This document shows positions 1 through 16,083 of a stretch of 64,000 bases of DNA, in pieces. How positions within the stretch are numbered: the first letter of the stretch is position 1; the number at the start of each line of letters is the position of its first letter. Source of the DNA: the human T2T-CHM13v2.0 reference genome, Homo sapiens. The DNA lies in NCBI RefSeq assembly GCF_009914755.1, contig NC_060934.1. One strand, written 5' to 3'. The notes below the pieces were generated by a model. It ran no database searches and was not told the DNA's origin. It was given only the letters and a program-made list of their open reading frames with translations. The translations under genes and the position numbers were made by a program.

Positions 1-609
1 ATAGAATTGTGACCTAAACAAACCTCCTTTTCTTTATAAATTACCCAGACTCAGATATTCCTTTATAGTAACACAAACAGATTAAGACACTTCCCACCCA
101 GTTGTCTCTCAGACCTCATTACGGTTATTCTTCTTACATGTGTTCCACTTTAGCTGCTTGGGTCCCCATGCTTTTCTCAACACACACGCTGGTGCTCCTT
201 CTTGCCTTTGCATTGTCGTCCCCTCTCCTGGGAACATGCCTCCTTTAGTGACCTGAATGGCTCACCACTTCACCTCCTGTAGGTCTTTGCTTTGGTGTCA
301 CCTTCTCAGTGTGGCCTTCCCTGGCCATCCTGTTTGACACTGGCCCTACTTCTTTCCAGAGTTCTATCTTTCCTGCTTGATTTTCCTCTGTTGTACTCAT
401 CCCTACCCACATACTTTGTATTCCTCTTTTTTAATTTGTTTATTGCCTTTTTTCCTCCTTTAGACCACAAGCTCCATGAGGACAGAAATTTTGGTCTGCT
501 TTATCCCCTGATCTCTCCCCAGCACCTAGCACATTGTACCTGGTGTATAATACATTTTTTTAAGATCTCTCCCCAGTACCTAGCACATTGTACCTGGTGC
601 ATAATACAA

Positions 610-1122
<513 letters not shown>

Positions 1123-1544
1123 TTACAAATATTTTAGAGTTAAATTAAATATATATACATTTCAAAACTTTTCCTTTTTATAGAATATGTGCCCCAAACG
1201 GCCAATATTCGAACTGTTTTCTCACTATTTTTTTGTAGGGTGAGCTTGCTGATAGCCATATGTGCTAGCCAATACTGGATTTTCTGATTTCTTTATTCAT
1301 TTAAAAATTATCCTTTATGGTGACTTTATTATTGAGCTCTCCTCTTCTGCTTGTGTACTGTGCAGTCTACTATGGGAGGAGTGAGTCCAGTTAAGGTGCC
1401 CTTCTTTAAGGGGAGGCCTGCTAAGTGGATCTTCTCTAGATAGTGAGGAGAACTGGTGAGTGAGCAATCTAGACCAGAACATGTATAATACTGGAGGGGT
1501 CTTTAGCCCAGAGATTTACAAAGAAGGCCAAAGGATTTATCAGT

Positions 1545-1865
1545 AATTACCCTATCTATGTAATACATGTAGATAAAGATAGATAGGCATGTATATGCAT
1601 ATATACAGATACCTATGTATATATCTATCTATATACATATATACATGTAGATATATACATACCTATATACATGTAGAAATATAGATGTAGATATAAATAT
1701 ATATATATGTGTATAGAGATATGTGTAGACATATATAGATGTATACATATATAGATAGATAGGTCTATATAGAAAACCATCTATCTATATCTAGATAGAG
1801 ATATGTATTGATAGATATCTCTCCCTATCTATCTCTAGATAGATTATCTAATCTATCTGTAAAAC
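1545..1865. repeat. (TA)/(TAGA)/(TCTA) low-complexity tract
   Basis: Degenerate TATA/TAGA repeats. Confidence 0.8.
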
Positions 1866-1957
1866 TATCTTAAAACCATACTAATTTAAAAATCAAGATT
1901 CATCTTAATTTAAAAATCTTAATTTAAAAGTTAAGAACCATCTTTATTTTGTGGTTC

Positions 1958-2335
1958 ATATACACCATGGAATGTTAGGCAGCCATAAAAGAGAGTGAGA
2001 TCAAGTCCTTTGCAGGAACATGGATGGAGCTGGATGGAGGTCTTTATCCTTAACAAACTAAGGCAGGAACAGAAAACCAAATACTGCATGTTCTCATTTA
2101 CAAATGGGAGCTAAATTATGAGAACACATGAACACATAGAGGGAAACAACAGACACTGGGGCCTCTGGGAGGGTGGATGGTGGGAGGAAGCAGAAGATCA
2201 GGAAAAACAATTAATGGGTACTAGGCTTAATAGCTGGGTGGTGAAATAATCTGCACAACAAATCCCTGTGACACTAGTTTACCTACATAACAAACCTACG
2301 CATGTGCCATTGACCTGAAAATAAAAGTTAAAAAG
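1958..2335 (+). mobile_element. L1P (L1PB-like) 3' end fragment
   Basis: catatacaccatggaat…gcagccataaaa…gaaaaccaaatactgcatgttctca…tactaggcttaata…aaaataaaagttaaaa. Confidence 0.8.
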
Positions 2336-2427
2336 ATTATTAAAAATATGTCAGTAAAAGTCTTTAACCAACACCAAATGGTTCATCCCAAGAGTCATCT
2401 TAATTTAAAAATCTTCACATCTTAAGA

Positions 2428-2560
2428 AGCTACATGGGAGGCTGCGGCAGGAGAATGGCTTGAACCTAGCAGGCAGGGGTTGCAGTGAAGCGAGATGGCA
2501 ACATTGTACTCCAGCCTGGGCGGCAGTATGAGACTGTCTCAAAAAAAAAAAAAAAAAAGA
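2428..2560 (+). mobile_element. Alu right-arm fragment with poly(A)
   Basis: agctacatgggaggctgcggcaggagaatggcttgaacc…gagactgtctc(A)n. Confidence 0.8.
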
Positions 2561-4467
2561 AGCAACTTTGCTGCTTAAATTGAGTATAATACCCATTTAC
2601 ATTTAATGTGGTGAATGAAAAATTTGGTTTTCATTTACCACCCTACAACTGAATTTTTAATTCCTCCACATATTCTATTTGCCTTTCTCAACTATTATTT
2701 TATAGATAAAAGGACTTACAGAAAGCAAATATATGATTCAATATTCCAATAAAAGTGCTTTTTAAATTTATATTGAGCATTTTATCCTTCTTTCTTAAAA
2801 ATCTTAAGCTACACACATTACATAGCTAGGCACTGATAAGAATCTAGTACTAGATAACCATTTCAAAGGCATAGATAGAATGCTTTCCAGGTATGGATTG
2901 TTTCCATAACTCCCCTTCCATACATTTTAAAGCCATTGCATAAAAAATAAGGAATTTTGTAGAGAGGAGTGAGTTTATATCCTTTAATATTTTCTCACTT
3001 TAGAAGTGCAGTCTTGGAATGATATAAACTCTGTAAACAGACTATCATGCTACATTTACAGAGAATTATATCAAGGTGTCTATTTTTAAGACAAGAATAA
3101 AAATTATGTTTTTTTCTAATAATAGAAATGGATAAGCAGAATTCTGGCTTCTAATAATGAGAACATACTATCCCCTAGTTTGAAATAAGTTAGATAATTT
3201 AACTTTCTCATGTTATCTTGAAGTTAATACATCATTTGTATTGAATGTATCAGTGCACTACATGAAGTCGTACATTGGATACCATCCCTTTTATCTTCCA
3301 CATAAAGTGATTTAGTGTTTTAATACACTTCTTTCCATATCCTGCAGTTTTGCATAGCAAAAGCAGCATGCACTTTGAGGAAAATGTACCTTTTAATTTT
3401 CTGTATTTTAAATATTATGGGTACAAAATATTTGTATATAATTATGGAGTACATGTGATGTTTCAATACCTCCTTTTTGATCCCAGATCTTTCCTGAATT
3501 TTTTGTCCAATTTGTATTGCATTATTTATGTTTGAAAAGGAGTAATGATGTTTAGTATATACTGTTATAAAATAACTGATTCAAAGGATGTAAAGTATCT
3601 GATACTATGTCCAAATATGATTTCTAAGCAAATGTTCCTAACAATACATAAATAATAACATGGAATAATAAAATAACATGGAATAAAATAAATTCATATA
3701 GCTTTATGATTAATAATTTTACCTAAATTAAAAAGTGTTATGTGCAAATAGATGGTATACGACACTTGGCATGTAATAATGCAATTAAGTCCAATTGAAT
3801 ATATTGCTTGATTTATGTCCACCATCTTTGATACATGTATTGTATATCCAAACATCAAAAACCATAAGTAGCCTGTATAATGCTTTTTTTATTCTCTGTA
3901 AAGTTTTTAATATAAATATATAAAAGAGCATCTTAAATTATTTAAATAAGTCAATTATTTTATATGTGGATTTGGTATTAGAACATATATCTTCTTTTGC
4001 ACAATAATCTTTTTTAAGTGTCAGAAATTATATAATTATATAGTGACTTTTGTTCACAAGGTAGTTAGTTGTACGTACCTACAAGATACTTGAAAAATAT
4101 TTTTGTCGAGATTGGATGCATTTTTCTCTTATAGACTCTTAAAAATGTTAACAAGCCAACACGTGAACGTACTGAAGTATTTTTTAATCATCTTTTCTAG
4201 TGTTGATAATGAGTTGGCTGATATAAAGTCATTAGAGTGGCAATTCAACAAATATTTTCTATGGCATAACAAATGTCATTAACTTGCTAGTCTGTCACGA
4301 TGTTGCAAAGCTAAAGTCACATTCATTTGTGTTTTTTGTTGTTGTTGCTGTAGTGGTGGTTTGTTTTGTTACATGAAGTGGCCCACTTCTTGTATTAAAT
4401 TATTTATTCTTTCTGAAAATGTTCAATCAGAATGTAATAACACCTTCAAAAATGATTTAAAAATGTA

Positions 4468-4696
4468 TTCCCATAGGTGGGAATTGAGCAATGAGAACAC
4501 TTGGACACAGGGTGGGGAAAATCACACCCCAGGGCCTGTCGGGGGGTGGGGGCAGGGGGAGGGATAGCATTAGGAGAAATACCTAATGTAAATGATGAGT
4601 TAATGGGTGCAGCAAACCAACATGGCACGTGTATACCAATGTAACAAACCTGCATGTTGTGCACATGTATCCTAGAACTTAAAGCATAATAAAAAA
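4468..4696 (+). mobile_element. L1PA 3' UTR, 5'-truncated
   Basis: cataggtgggaattgagcaatgagaacacttggacacagg…gggatagcattaggagaaatacctaatgtaaatga…agaacttaaagcataataaaaaa. Confidence 0.9.
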
Positions 4697-5249
4697 TATA
4701 TATATTTATTTCTACTGAACACAATGTCTATATATTAGATGACCTAGAACTGGTAGGGGGTTCTAATCCAGGGGATTGTTGATAAACTCAGACAACTTCT
4801 GTATTTTTACATTGTTACTCTTAAAGTCTTGTCATTGATTGTCTCAATATTGGAAAATAACATGTCAATATTCAGTGTAATAAACTGGAAGAAAAAATGG
4901 GCCAATATCCCATTCAATTAAAGACATGAAAAAGAGTGTGTATGTATTACTTCTGCTCACATCTTAATGTTCAACATGTCGTCACCAAGCCAGATAGAAC
5001 CATATACTGGGGAATGTAATGTTTATCTGAGAAACCAAATGCCTAAATACAAATTTTAGTAGTACGAAGTAAGAGGAAATAAATATGGGGGATTTTCTAG
5101 TCTTCTCTATTATATATAAATTGCAAGATTTGGCTACTTTAAAAAATATTAACATTTACTAATTTTTCATCAATTCAAATATCATATTGTAGAGTGCAAT
5201 TTAATCAAATTAGATAACAGTCCCAAATATAACATTTAACTGTACATCT

Positions 5250-6109
5250 TCCAGAAGCCAAAAAATGAGAAATTATTTGTGGCTTTTGGCTAGACAAAGA
5301 TTTCTTAGATGTGGCCCAAAAGAACAACCTAGAGAACAAACAAAAAAACCAGTTACAACAACAATAGATATGACTTCATAAAAACAAAAAATTCTATATT
5401 TCTACCCTATATGCTTCAAACTAGGAATAGACATTTCCAAATTATATCTGATAAAGAATGTGTATCCAAAATATGTAAACTCAATTATAAGGAAAATTAC
5501 AGACCAACAATAAACAATAAGGAAAAGAATATACTTGAACACATACTTTGCCAGAGGAAATTCAGAGACAGCAAATAATCACATCAAAAGATGTTCAATA
5601 TCTTTAGCCATTAGAGAAATACAAATTAAATGAGATGCCATTCCACACCTACACATACTTTGCCAGAGGAAATTCAGAGACAGCAAATAATCACATCAAA
5701 AGATGTTCAATATCTTTAGCCATTAGAGAAATACAAATTAAATGAGATGCCATTCCACACCTACTAGAATAAATACAATTAAAAATACTCATCATCTTGT
5801 GTGTTGGTGATGATTTAGAACAACTGTAATTCTCAAATACTGATGGTAGGAAAGTAAAATGATACAGCCACTCTGGGAAAAAAAAATGGACTGTTTCTTA
5901 CAAAGTTAAATAGACCCCCATCATTTTACCTACTTATTCTACTGTTGCTCTTTAAGCAGAAAACAGTACAGCATATATACATACAAGAATGTGTTTGCAA
6001 GTGGCCATGACAAACTTATTTATACTAACACTAAACTGTAAACAACCCAAAGTTTATCAATGGGTGAATAAATAAACCAAACACGGTATACTCATAATAT
6101 GAGATATAA

Positions 6110-6155
<46 letters not shown>

Positions 6156-7830
6156 CGTATTTTCAACAAACGGTGCTAGAACAGTTGGACATCCACATCC
6201 AAAAAAAAGAATCTAGACACTGTGTTTACACAATGTACAAGAATGGATAATAGATTTAAATATAAAAATGTGAGACTATAGAAGAATGTTATAAGTTGAA
6301 TTTAATAAAAATTAAAACTTCTGCTCTAAGAAAGTCATAGTTAATATTTAAAAAACAAGCCAAGACTGGGAGACAATATTTACAAAACATGTATCCAATA
6401 AAGAACTGGTATGAGCACGCCACAGAACTCTTAAAACTCAAAAAGAAAAAAAAAAGATAAATAATCCAGTTAAAAAATGGGCAGGAGATCTGAACAGACA
6501 TTTCACTGAGGAAAATATATTGATGGCAAATAAGCGAATGAAATATGCTCAACATCATGTATTATTAGAGAATCGCTCATTCGAACGAGATACCACCGCA
6601 TGCCTACTAAAATGGCTAAAATCCAGAACACTGAAAACACTAAATTGTGTTGAAGATAAAGAGCAAGGGAAACTCTCATTTATTGCTTGTGGGAATGCAA
6701 AATGGCACAGCCACGTTAGAAGATAGCTTTGCAGTTTCTTACAAAGTTAAATGTAGTCTTACCACATGGACCAGTAACTTCACTCCTATCCAAATGAGTC
6801 AAAAATATTTCACTCCTATCCAAATGAGTCAAAAAAACTTCACTCCTATCCAAATGAGTCACAGGACTCCTTAAAATAGCTTTTCTCATAACAAAACTTG
6901 GTAGCTACCAGATGCCCCCAACAGGTGAGTAATGGTTCAATAAACTGGCATACCTATAAAATGGGATATTCAGTGATTAAAAAATAAGCTATCAAACCAT
7001 ACAAAACATGCAAGAACCTAAAATGCATACAACTTAGTGAAAGAAGCTAATCTGAAAAGGCTGTATACTGTATAATTCCAATGACACAACATTCTTAAAA
7101 AGGGAAAAACTGTAAAAAGATCAGAATTTCCAGTAGTCTCCAAGGGAAGGGACGAATAAATCAAGCACAGAAATTTTTAAGAAAGTAAAACTATTCTTAT
7201 AATATTGTAGTAGTGGTTACATGACATATGCATTTGTCCAAACGCATGAAATGTATAATGTCAAGAGTGAACCCTAATATAAAACTAATGTATGGACTTT
7301 CATTTATAATAATATGTCAATATTGATGCATCAATTATAACGAATGTACCACACTAATTCAAGATATTAATCATAAAGAATATGGAGAGTAGAAGAAAGT
7401 GTATGGAAATTCTCTCTGCTTTGTTAGTTTCTACTATAAACCTAAAATTGTTCTAAAAATAAAATCTATTAATTAAAAAAAGAATGAACTATTGCTACCA
7501 GTATCAACATAGGCGAAAGTCAGAGTAGTTATGTTGAGTGCAAAAGACAGACAAAAAAGAATAGATTTTGTGTGACTCCATTTACATAAAATTCTACCAA
7601 GTGTAAACCATTCTGTAGTATCAGAAATAGATTAGTAGTTGCATGGAGATTGAGTAGGGAAGAGGGGAAGAAGCGATTACTAAAGACACAAAATAACTTT
7701 AGGGAAGTGAATATGTTCATGATCTTGATTGCCATGGTGTTTTCTCGTGTACCAATATGCCAAAACTTTAAAAATACACTGGATATGTTCAGTTTATGTC
7801 AATTACACTTCAATGAAAAACATTTTAAAA
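5250..7830 (+). mobile_element. Old L1M fragments (ORF2 3' end and 3' UTR), with a (CA)n at ~6111-6152
   Basis: Degenerate L1 motifs (caaagatttcttagat, aaaatgggcaggagatctgaacagacatttcac, atggcacagccac). Confidence 0.7.
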
Positions 7831-9896
7831 TATTATGTATCTTGACTTTATGCTTATGCAGAGATATTATTTCTCTGCATAAAAAAGGTATATATGCATA
7901 TATGCCATATATACCTTTTGGCATAGTGTAAAGATACATAAACATAGTATATAAATATGGTATTTGTAATATTCTTATTCATATGCAAAATATAGTTTAC
8001 TTTTAATTTTTTAACTTTTCTTCTGTTTTGATTCTGTATCCTCCAGACATTAACATTGAGAACTTCATATACAATTATGTATTTAAAAATGAGTCATGTC
8101 TAGTATAATACAAAATATCAGCAATGTAACATGACAGGAACAAAATATAAATGAAGTTGCTTTGTATAGATTCATTTTTCTCATTAAAACATTTCATAGC
8201 ATAATGCACTTATTCAAAAGTATTAACATATATATTTAAGTGCACTATGAAAAACAGAATCAAGAAATGGATACCATATTGATACTAAATCCTATGTTAA
8301 AGTATGTTGAATAATTTGTAGTTTTTCAAAAGTAACTCAGTCATGTCACATATTAATAATGAATATATTTATTTTTAGGAACTCCTTTTAAATAACTATT
8401 AGGTATATAGTTTTATGCTGAGTTTTATGAGAAACACAATAAGCATATCATTTTATGTCAGGAATAGAGAGTATATTTGTCCCTAGGTCATTTTCTATAG
8501 CTGTCAAAATGTTTCAACATCTTTTAAAACTCCAGAAAATGAGGAAGAAATATAGAAATGTTCCTAGGTTGTTCTTGTAACTTTATCTAGTTTTTTTCTA
8601 TTCTTAATTATATTAATTCTTCCCAATGGCTTATTTAAAAATGGGTCTTCAATTGTCTTTCATTAAAATTCTATGGGGTCTCATTACGTGTAAGAAGGTT
8701 TTATTTCACACCAAGTATTTTTCTGTTATGTAAAAGGAAAATAAAGCTCTGGGCTAAAGAAATAACTTTTTTTAAAAATTTTCCCTATTGGGAAGTAGTT
8801 GAATATATACTTTGCTGTTTTCAGCTAAAACATATTAGAATGTGATTCTATTTACAACAAAAATGAAATAAGGCTGTGTTACATTGGCAAGCTGTAATGG
8901 GAAAGGTATTTGTCACCCTAGGCAAACTGAAAGGGCAGATATATTGAATTCAGTAATGCTGAATAATTAAGCCTTCACTTATAACCCTTATATTAGAGAA
9001 TTCAACTTAATAAGTTAAGTCATTTTCCAAGTGTTTGTTAATGTATCAAAAGGATTTATACATTTCACAAAGGGGGACTCAAGCTAAGCTAAAGATTTAT
9101 AAACACAACCAATTCACTAGAGAAATAATTTTAACCGTGTTTTTCTTGTTTTTCCAAACCTTACTCTTTCATGGAAAAAAATAAAGGCAATATTATAAAA
9201 TAGATGAAAGTGCAGGGTAATTACCTTGCATTGAGAAGCCTAGAGCTCACCTGATCCACAATATTTGATAATCCATGTCACCCCTGGTTTACTTCCACAG
9301 TTCCCTTGAAGATTGAAGAGCTGTCTGAATACCACAGTCTTAGTATACTATGTTTTGTAAGGAAAACTGCCCACTCAAGAATACCTTCTATGAGAGCCAA
9401 CCCATTCAGCATGTTAGGAAGTTTACTTCCATGTATGATTCAAGCCCACCTGGTCCAGTGGATTGGACAATGAATGAACGCTTGATTTAGGTGGAAGTTA
9501 TCCATTTATTGGTTGGAAATCAATAAGCCTCCTTCACTTGAGAATTCTAATTGAGATGAAGGATATAATAATGATGCATACTGGATGCACAAAGCCATAT
9601 AGCCTCCATAATGTTATAAAGAATAATATTATTGATCCACAGGCAAGCAATGGAGATACAAAGAGTACGAGAGTAAGAAAATAAATGTTGCCCTGGAGTG
9701 AGAGAAATTGATAAAAAGCCACTGCGTTGATTTTGGACAGGTTCTTAGTTCTATGTTCAGCCTTTATTTTCTGCCCTTGGATTCTACACTGTACATTTCA
9801 AGTTTTTTTACAAAATGGTTTTGACTACAGAAAAAGCAAGTGTGCCATTATGCCATTTTTGACATATTTTGGGAGAAATAAAGTAAAAACTATTTG

Positions 9897-10249
<353 letters not shown>

Positions 10250-10791
10250 TAAAAAGAATTAAGAGAGTTTTTCAGAGTAGTTTCTGAGTTACATGTAAAA
10301 ACAAGATAAAAAAATTTAGTAACAGCTCTGTAGCTTTCAAAATTAAGCAGTCAGATTTCTGTGTGGCTGAGAATTTCTAGCAGTCTCCTCCATTAGAATT
10401 TGCCATGCCCAAAATGTCCCATGCTATACAGTTAAATGATTAATGTTTGAGTAATATTCAGTTTGAAATTTAAATTTTTCCTCTTGAGGGGAAAACATGC
10501 TTAGCCTTTCATTATAAAATTATCCAAGCTTTCCTCTCATATCTATGTTCAAATTCATTGCATGAGTTAAAGCATCTTAAGGCTTCCTTCTAAACAATTT
10601 ATATATTTGCCCTACGATTTCAACTAGTCCTAATCTCAGAGGATCACTTCACTGGAAGTTGTGCAAAAGTAAAACGAAATGGAGATTAACTATACTAAAT
10701 TGTCATGTTGAGCTTCGTGATAAATTTAGTTACAAAGATATTATTCAAATTGGAATTAACTGCAAATCTCCCCCCAATGAAAGTGGAGTGA

Positions 10792-11100
<309 letters not shown>

Positions 11101-11809
11101 AAAGTGGAGTGAAAGTACTATATAAACCTAGAGTTATGAACATCAAAAAACATGATATAGCAATAAAATAATTTAATGTTGACTTAAGGAGTCATAAATC
11201 AGATATTTTATTCAACGAACTCTGATTTTTAATTATAACATAAGAATTATAAATTAGTATCTAAAAATCATTGTTTCTTAATAAATAATGAGTTGACAAA
11301 AATAATAGTTGAAAAATAAAATTATGTAGGATGGTTATATTGTGAAAATTTCCATTAAAAATTAAAATAATAAAAAAATCACCTTTGGAAACTACTTTTA
11401 TTTAAAATATCAGGAATCCAGAAAATTGCAACTTTTCTTGATCTACATAATCATTTTTACATGAAATTTTAATTCCATAACCATTGCAAAGATTTTTCTT
11501 AATAAACACAGTATTAAGTATCAAACACCTTCTGTGAAAGTACAATAGAACACAAACATATACTAGAGGTATTGTTTTCTGCATTTATGCATGAACAATA
11601 AGATTTTTTAAATTTTTGACTTATCTGTGGAAATATGATAGAGAATTGTATGGTATGGTTTAAGTATTATTCATTTCTGCACTTAGATGAGGTAATTTTT
11701 TCTTTTCTAGATAAACTCTAATTCCACTTTTTCCATACAGTACACACATATACATGCATATATATGTTTCTGTTAAACAACAGTAGTGAGATTTTAACAA
11801 ATGACTTAC

Positions 11810-11852
11810 CTGTCTTTCTGAAAAGTGTCTTGTCTGTTAATGTCATATGAGC
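11810..11852 (-). pseudogene. Candidate relict micro-exon (SYDINRQDTFQKD)
   Basis: Strong acceptor ccctttcttcccttatag|G and donor CAG|gtaagt; 43 nt, open. Confidence 0.5.
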
Positions 11853-14800
11853 CTATAAGGGAAGAAAGGGACTATATTACAAAGGAACAGAAATGATCCA
11901 GGAGAGTATGAATACAACTGGATTCTAAGAATACTGGGCTATTGGGTATTGGGATATAGATTGGGATAAAAGAGTATACCCCTATCAGAGCACTGTCAGT
12001 TTCACTACTGATATGGTACAAACACATGACAGGATGGTTCGTAGTATCAAGGAAAAAGTGATGGCCTCAGGTGAGGTTGCAATGTCAAATTTCCCATGGA
12101 AGATGACAGAAGATGCACATATCACAAAGAAAATAATATGTAGAATAGTTAAAATCTACTCTCAATAATTTTTAAGTTATTTTAAATTATATACTATTGT
12201 TATTAACTATAGTCACTATTTCCATAGTCACTATAACTACAATCACTATAGATCTATTACATAATATACAATAGATCTCTGAAACTTATTTCTCCTGTCA
12301 ACTGAAATTTTGTTTCCTTTGACCAACATTGAGATAGCAACTTTTATCACAATTTAAAAAGTATAACATAAAACAATGTAATTTTATAACAAGGAAAAGG
12401 CATTTCTTGAAAGTTAATTCACAAAATTGAATGAATGAATTGCTAAACAAAACAATGTCAACAACCAAAACAACTCTAGATATCTCAGGCAGAATGAATT
12501 CAAAGAAAACCACTGCGCATATTTCTTCTCAACATTAGATTCACAATGGAATCACCTGGGACAATTTTTTTTTAAAGAAACGAATGCCTACATATCATGT
12601 CCAGACTCTGATTTATTTGTTATTAAATATGGCCTGGACATCACTCTACTCCTGACGTCCCTGCTCAAGAATCAACTTCCGGGAAGAGAGACTGGGACTC
12701 ACTGATTTTGGTGCTATTCAGTTGAACTATGCCCTTACTGATTTTCCACCTGCTGGTTCTATTCATTATTGATAGAGAGGTGTTAACACCTCCAATTATC
12801 ATAGTGGATTTATCTGTCTGTTCTTGCAGTTCTATCTGTTTTCACCTCATGTGTTTTGACAGCCTGTTACATGCAAACACATTAAGGATTGTTACGTTTT
12901 CTTGGAAAATTAAATCCTTTGTTACTATGTAATACCCCTTTGTATCCCCCTATAATTGTTCTTTCTCTGAAGTCTTTTTGTTGGAAATTAATATATTAAT
13001 CCAGCTTTCTTTTAATTAGTATTATCATGTTATATATTTTTCAAAGTTAACTCTCAAGCTTGTCCACAATGTGCTTCCAGAAATTAATCAACTGCATATT
13101 AAAGTTTTCTACTCCATTACTAACTCCTGTGGGGGCTCCTGGGCTTTTGCTCCACTAGGCTATAATTCTTTGCATTTTCCCATCTCTCTAATTTAGTGGG
13201 GATTTAGGGTGGGGGCAGCAGTTTTTCTGTGACCTCAGTCCTCTAATGGATCTAAAATGAGTTGTTGATAGTCTGTTTGTTCAGCATTTTTCTTGTTGTA
13301 AGGATGGGAGTGATGACTTTCAAGTTTCTTACATACTCGAATAACTGACATTTTTTATTATATACTCACCCCTGTGGTGGTAGAAGAATGCTATAAATTT
13401 TGGATCCACAGAACTAAAGTACGAGAGGGAATTTTTCACAGGAAAGATGGTTGCTACAGAAAAAAAAAAAAAAGAAAGAAAAAAAAGATAAAGTCTTCTC
13501 TGCTATCTCTGCTAGACTCTCTAAACTCTTCCTGTCTCTGGAGTCCAGACACCCAAGCCTCCTTTTAGTTTTGAGCTTTCACTGTGCTTTTATCTTAAAG
13601 ACTTTGCCTACTATGTCTTTTCTGCTGAGAAAGCACCTTATCCCCTCAATTACCTGGTTAACATCAAATATCAAATCATGCTTCTGACTGAAGGCCAAGT
13701 ACCACCTCTAGAAGAAATCTTCCCTAAGAACAGCCTACATACAGTTAATTGTGTGATCCCTTTTCTTATATCCTTCGAATACTCTTCCTTCACATTACTC
13801 TTCCTTCAAAGCCTTTAGCCAGACAATACATTACAGGAAAACAGGGAGAACATGATTTTGCCACTCACTCTTACCTTTGCCTAGCCCAGTGCCTGGCAAA
13901 TGATAGATTCTCATTATATATATATATATATTTGAATGAATTAATAAATCCAAGTAAAGTAATTGATGTTTTGGAGTTATCTAAGGCTGTTAAAATCAGT
14001 TAAATATAGTTAATGTGAAGCAAAAAACTGTAAACAAAATTAACGTAATATACACGCTGATGTTACTATTTTAGAAAAAAACACAATAATTTACAAATTC
14101 CTTTCAATAATTCAATTAATGTTTATGAGATTTGATTGAAGACAAATCTGTCACGGCAATCTGTGAATGCTTTGTTGTAAATAAAAGGTAATCCTTGTAA
14201 TAAGCAAAAACAAATTAACATAACAAATGTCAATTTACAGATAGACAAAAAGTGATTGTTTTCTGGATGAAAAGAGGATTATTAACAGTTGGCATAAGAA
14301 ATCAAAAATTAGTTCAACAATTAGTCATATGGAAATGTCAAATATTGACATTAATGTGATAAAGAAAACAAGAGTTTCTGCAAATAACCTCCCATCCCTG
14401 ATGTGAGTCTTTCACGTCATTCTATAGTTCAACTAGTTCTTAATAACTCAAAAACAGGAAAGATAAAATCCATCATTTTGTTTTACTACCCAGATCCCTC
14501 CCGTAGCTGTCATACAGAGTGTGATTTATGACTTGTAAGTTGTGCTATGGAGCTTGACAAGTAAGTTTGATTTCATTTAATATTTTCTTTAAACCATCTT
14601 AGATCTTTGACAAGTATTTCATCTATTAGTGTTCTCAAAATGTAAAATGGGTAACTTAATGAGAACAAAAATTGTACCCTAAGATATATTTGCACTATCT
14701 ACATATTTGCAATTAAATCTTAACAGATTTAATTGTAATAAATCTAATGGTTTTCCTCTTGAATTTCCTTAGACACTAGAAATTTTTATTACTAATAAAT

Positions 14801-16083
14801 AATGTTTAGCTTCCTAGTCACAAACCAAACAGAAAGCAAATTTCATCAGAGTTTAGAATGGTTAAAACCAACATAGCTGCAATATTTTTAGTTTTGCTTT
14901 AAAAATTTGTTTAATCAATCAGTAAATCAATCAGAGTTGACCATTATGTAATCCACAGACCTTGAAATAACAGAGATATATTTCTCCGCAGATCAATATC
15001 TATATATGTTTTTAAGATAAGTAGAAATTCCCCTGAAGATCATAAAGAAAAAGTATGTCATATAATATAGTTAAAAAAATAGTTATTAATTTTTTCTGCT
15101 TATGATGTTCCAGAATCTGTACTAAGCATTTTAGAGGATTATTTTATTTAATTCCCACAATAATCCCTTGAGAAATATACTACAATAATCATCTTTAATT
15201 CACAGTTATTGAAAATGAGACACAAAGAGGTTAAGAATTTTGTCCAAGGTCAGGCAGCTAGCGTGACTTAGCAAGGGTGTAATTAAGAAAAAATATGTTT
15301 TTCTTATCTTATGGGAAATTTGGAAAAGCAAATATCTACATTCTCTTTTTAATAAAAAAAATAAAATATAAAATGTGAGTCTCTCTTAAAGCAGGGAATC
15401 AACTTTAATTAAATTGAAACAATACACAATCCTTTGTTGTTCAGGTTCTATATTATTATTATCTCTGCTGACAGCAAAAGCTAAGAATAGAAAATATTTC
15501 TGACCCAAGTTGGCAAATTATGAATCAACCTGCTAAAGAATCAGAATAGACTAACAAGTGGAATTAAATATGATTATTCTATATTATATGTATAATATAA
15601 AAATTTCTTGTTATAATTTTACTAAGATTCTACCAGTTTCAACTAAATTATCTTTTAAATCCAAGCTTAATAAAAGAAATTGGCATGAGATGTTTTCATA
15701 GGAAATAGTGACAATTCATATTATTTTTAATTAAGTGCAAATGAGATACATTATTTCTGTATTTCATTTTCCTTCTAAAAGTCATCTTTAAAGTTTTAGT
15801 TTTTCTGAAGTTGACAGCTATTACTAAGTCTTTTGGGCAAAGTTTTTTGAGATAGATTAATTTATAAAATTAGGAAGAAACTAAAGTAGTTGCAAAAGTT
15901 TCTAAAAAGATAATAAAGTAGTTGTCTCTATGTTATAATAGAAAATGAGAATGTGAATGCAGATCATTTTGACTCTGTTTGTGTTTTCAGCAAATATTAC
16001 CTGAATATTGATATATAAATTGGAATTCCCCAAAGGAAAACATTTTAAAATGTTAAGATAAATAAAATCATTAACTTACATAC

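Noticed and set aside
1901-2416. 20-bp direct repeat catcttaatttaaaaatctt on either side of an L1 3' fragment
   Set aside because: It does not abut the element ends, so it is not a clean TSD; the sequence is AT-rich and low complexity.
6779-6861. Regularly spaced direct repeats that superficially resemble a CRISPR array
   Set aside because: Only three units with ~7-bp A-rich linkers rather than unique spacers; no cas genes; eukaryotic L1 context.
14494-14560. Plus-strand exon-like segment (ttttactacccag|…CAA|gtaagt)
   Set aside because: Isolated; the frames I translated contain stops; no partner exons or promoter found.
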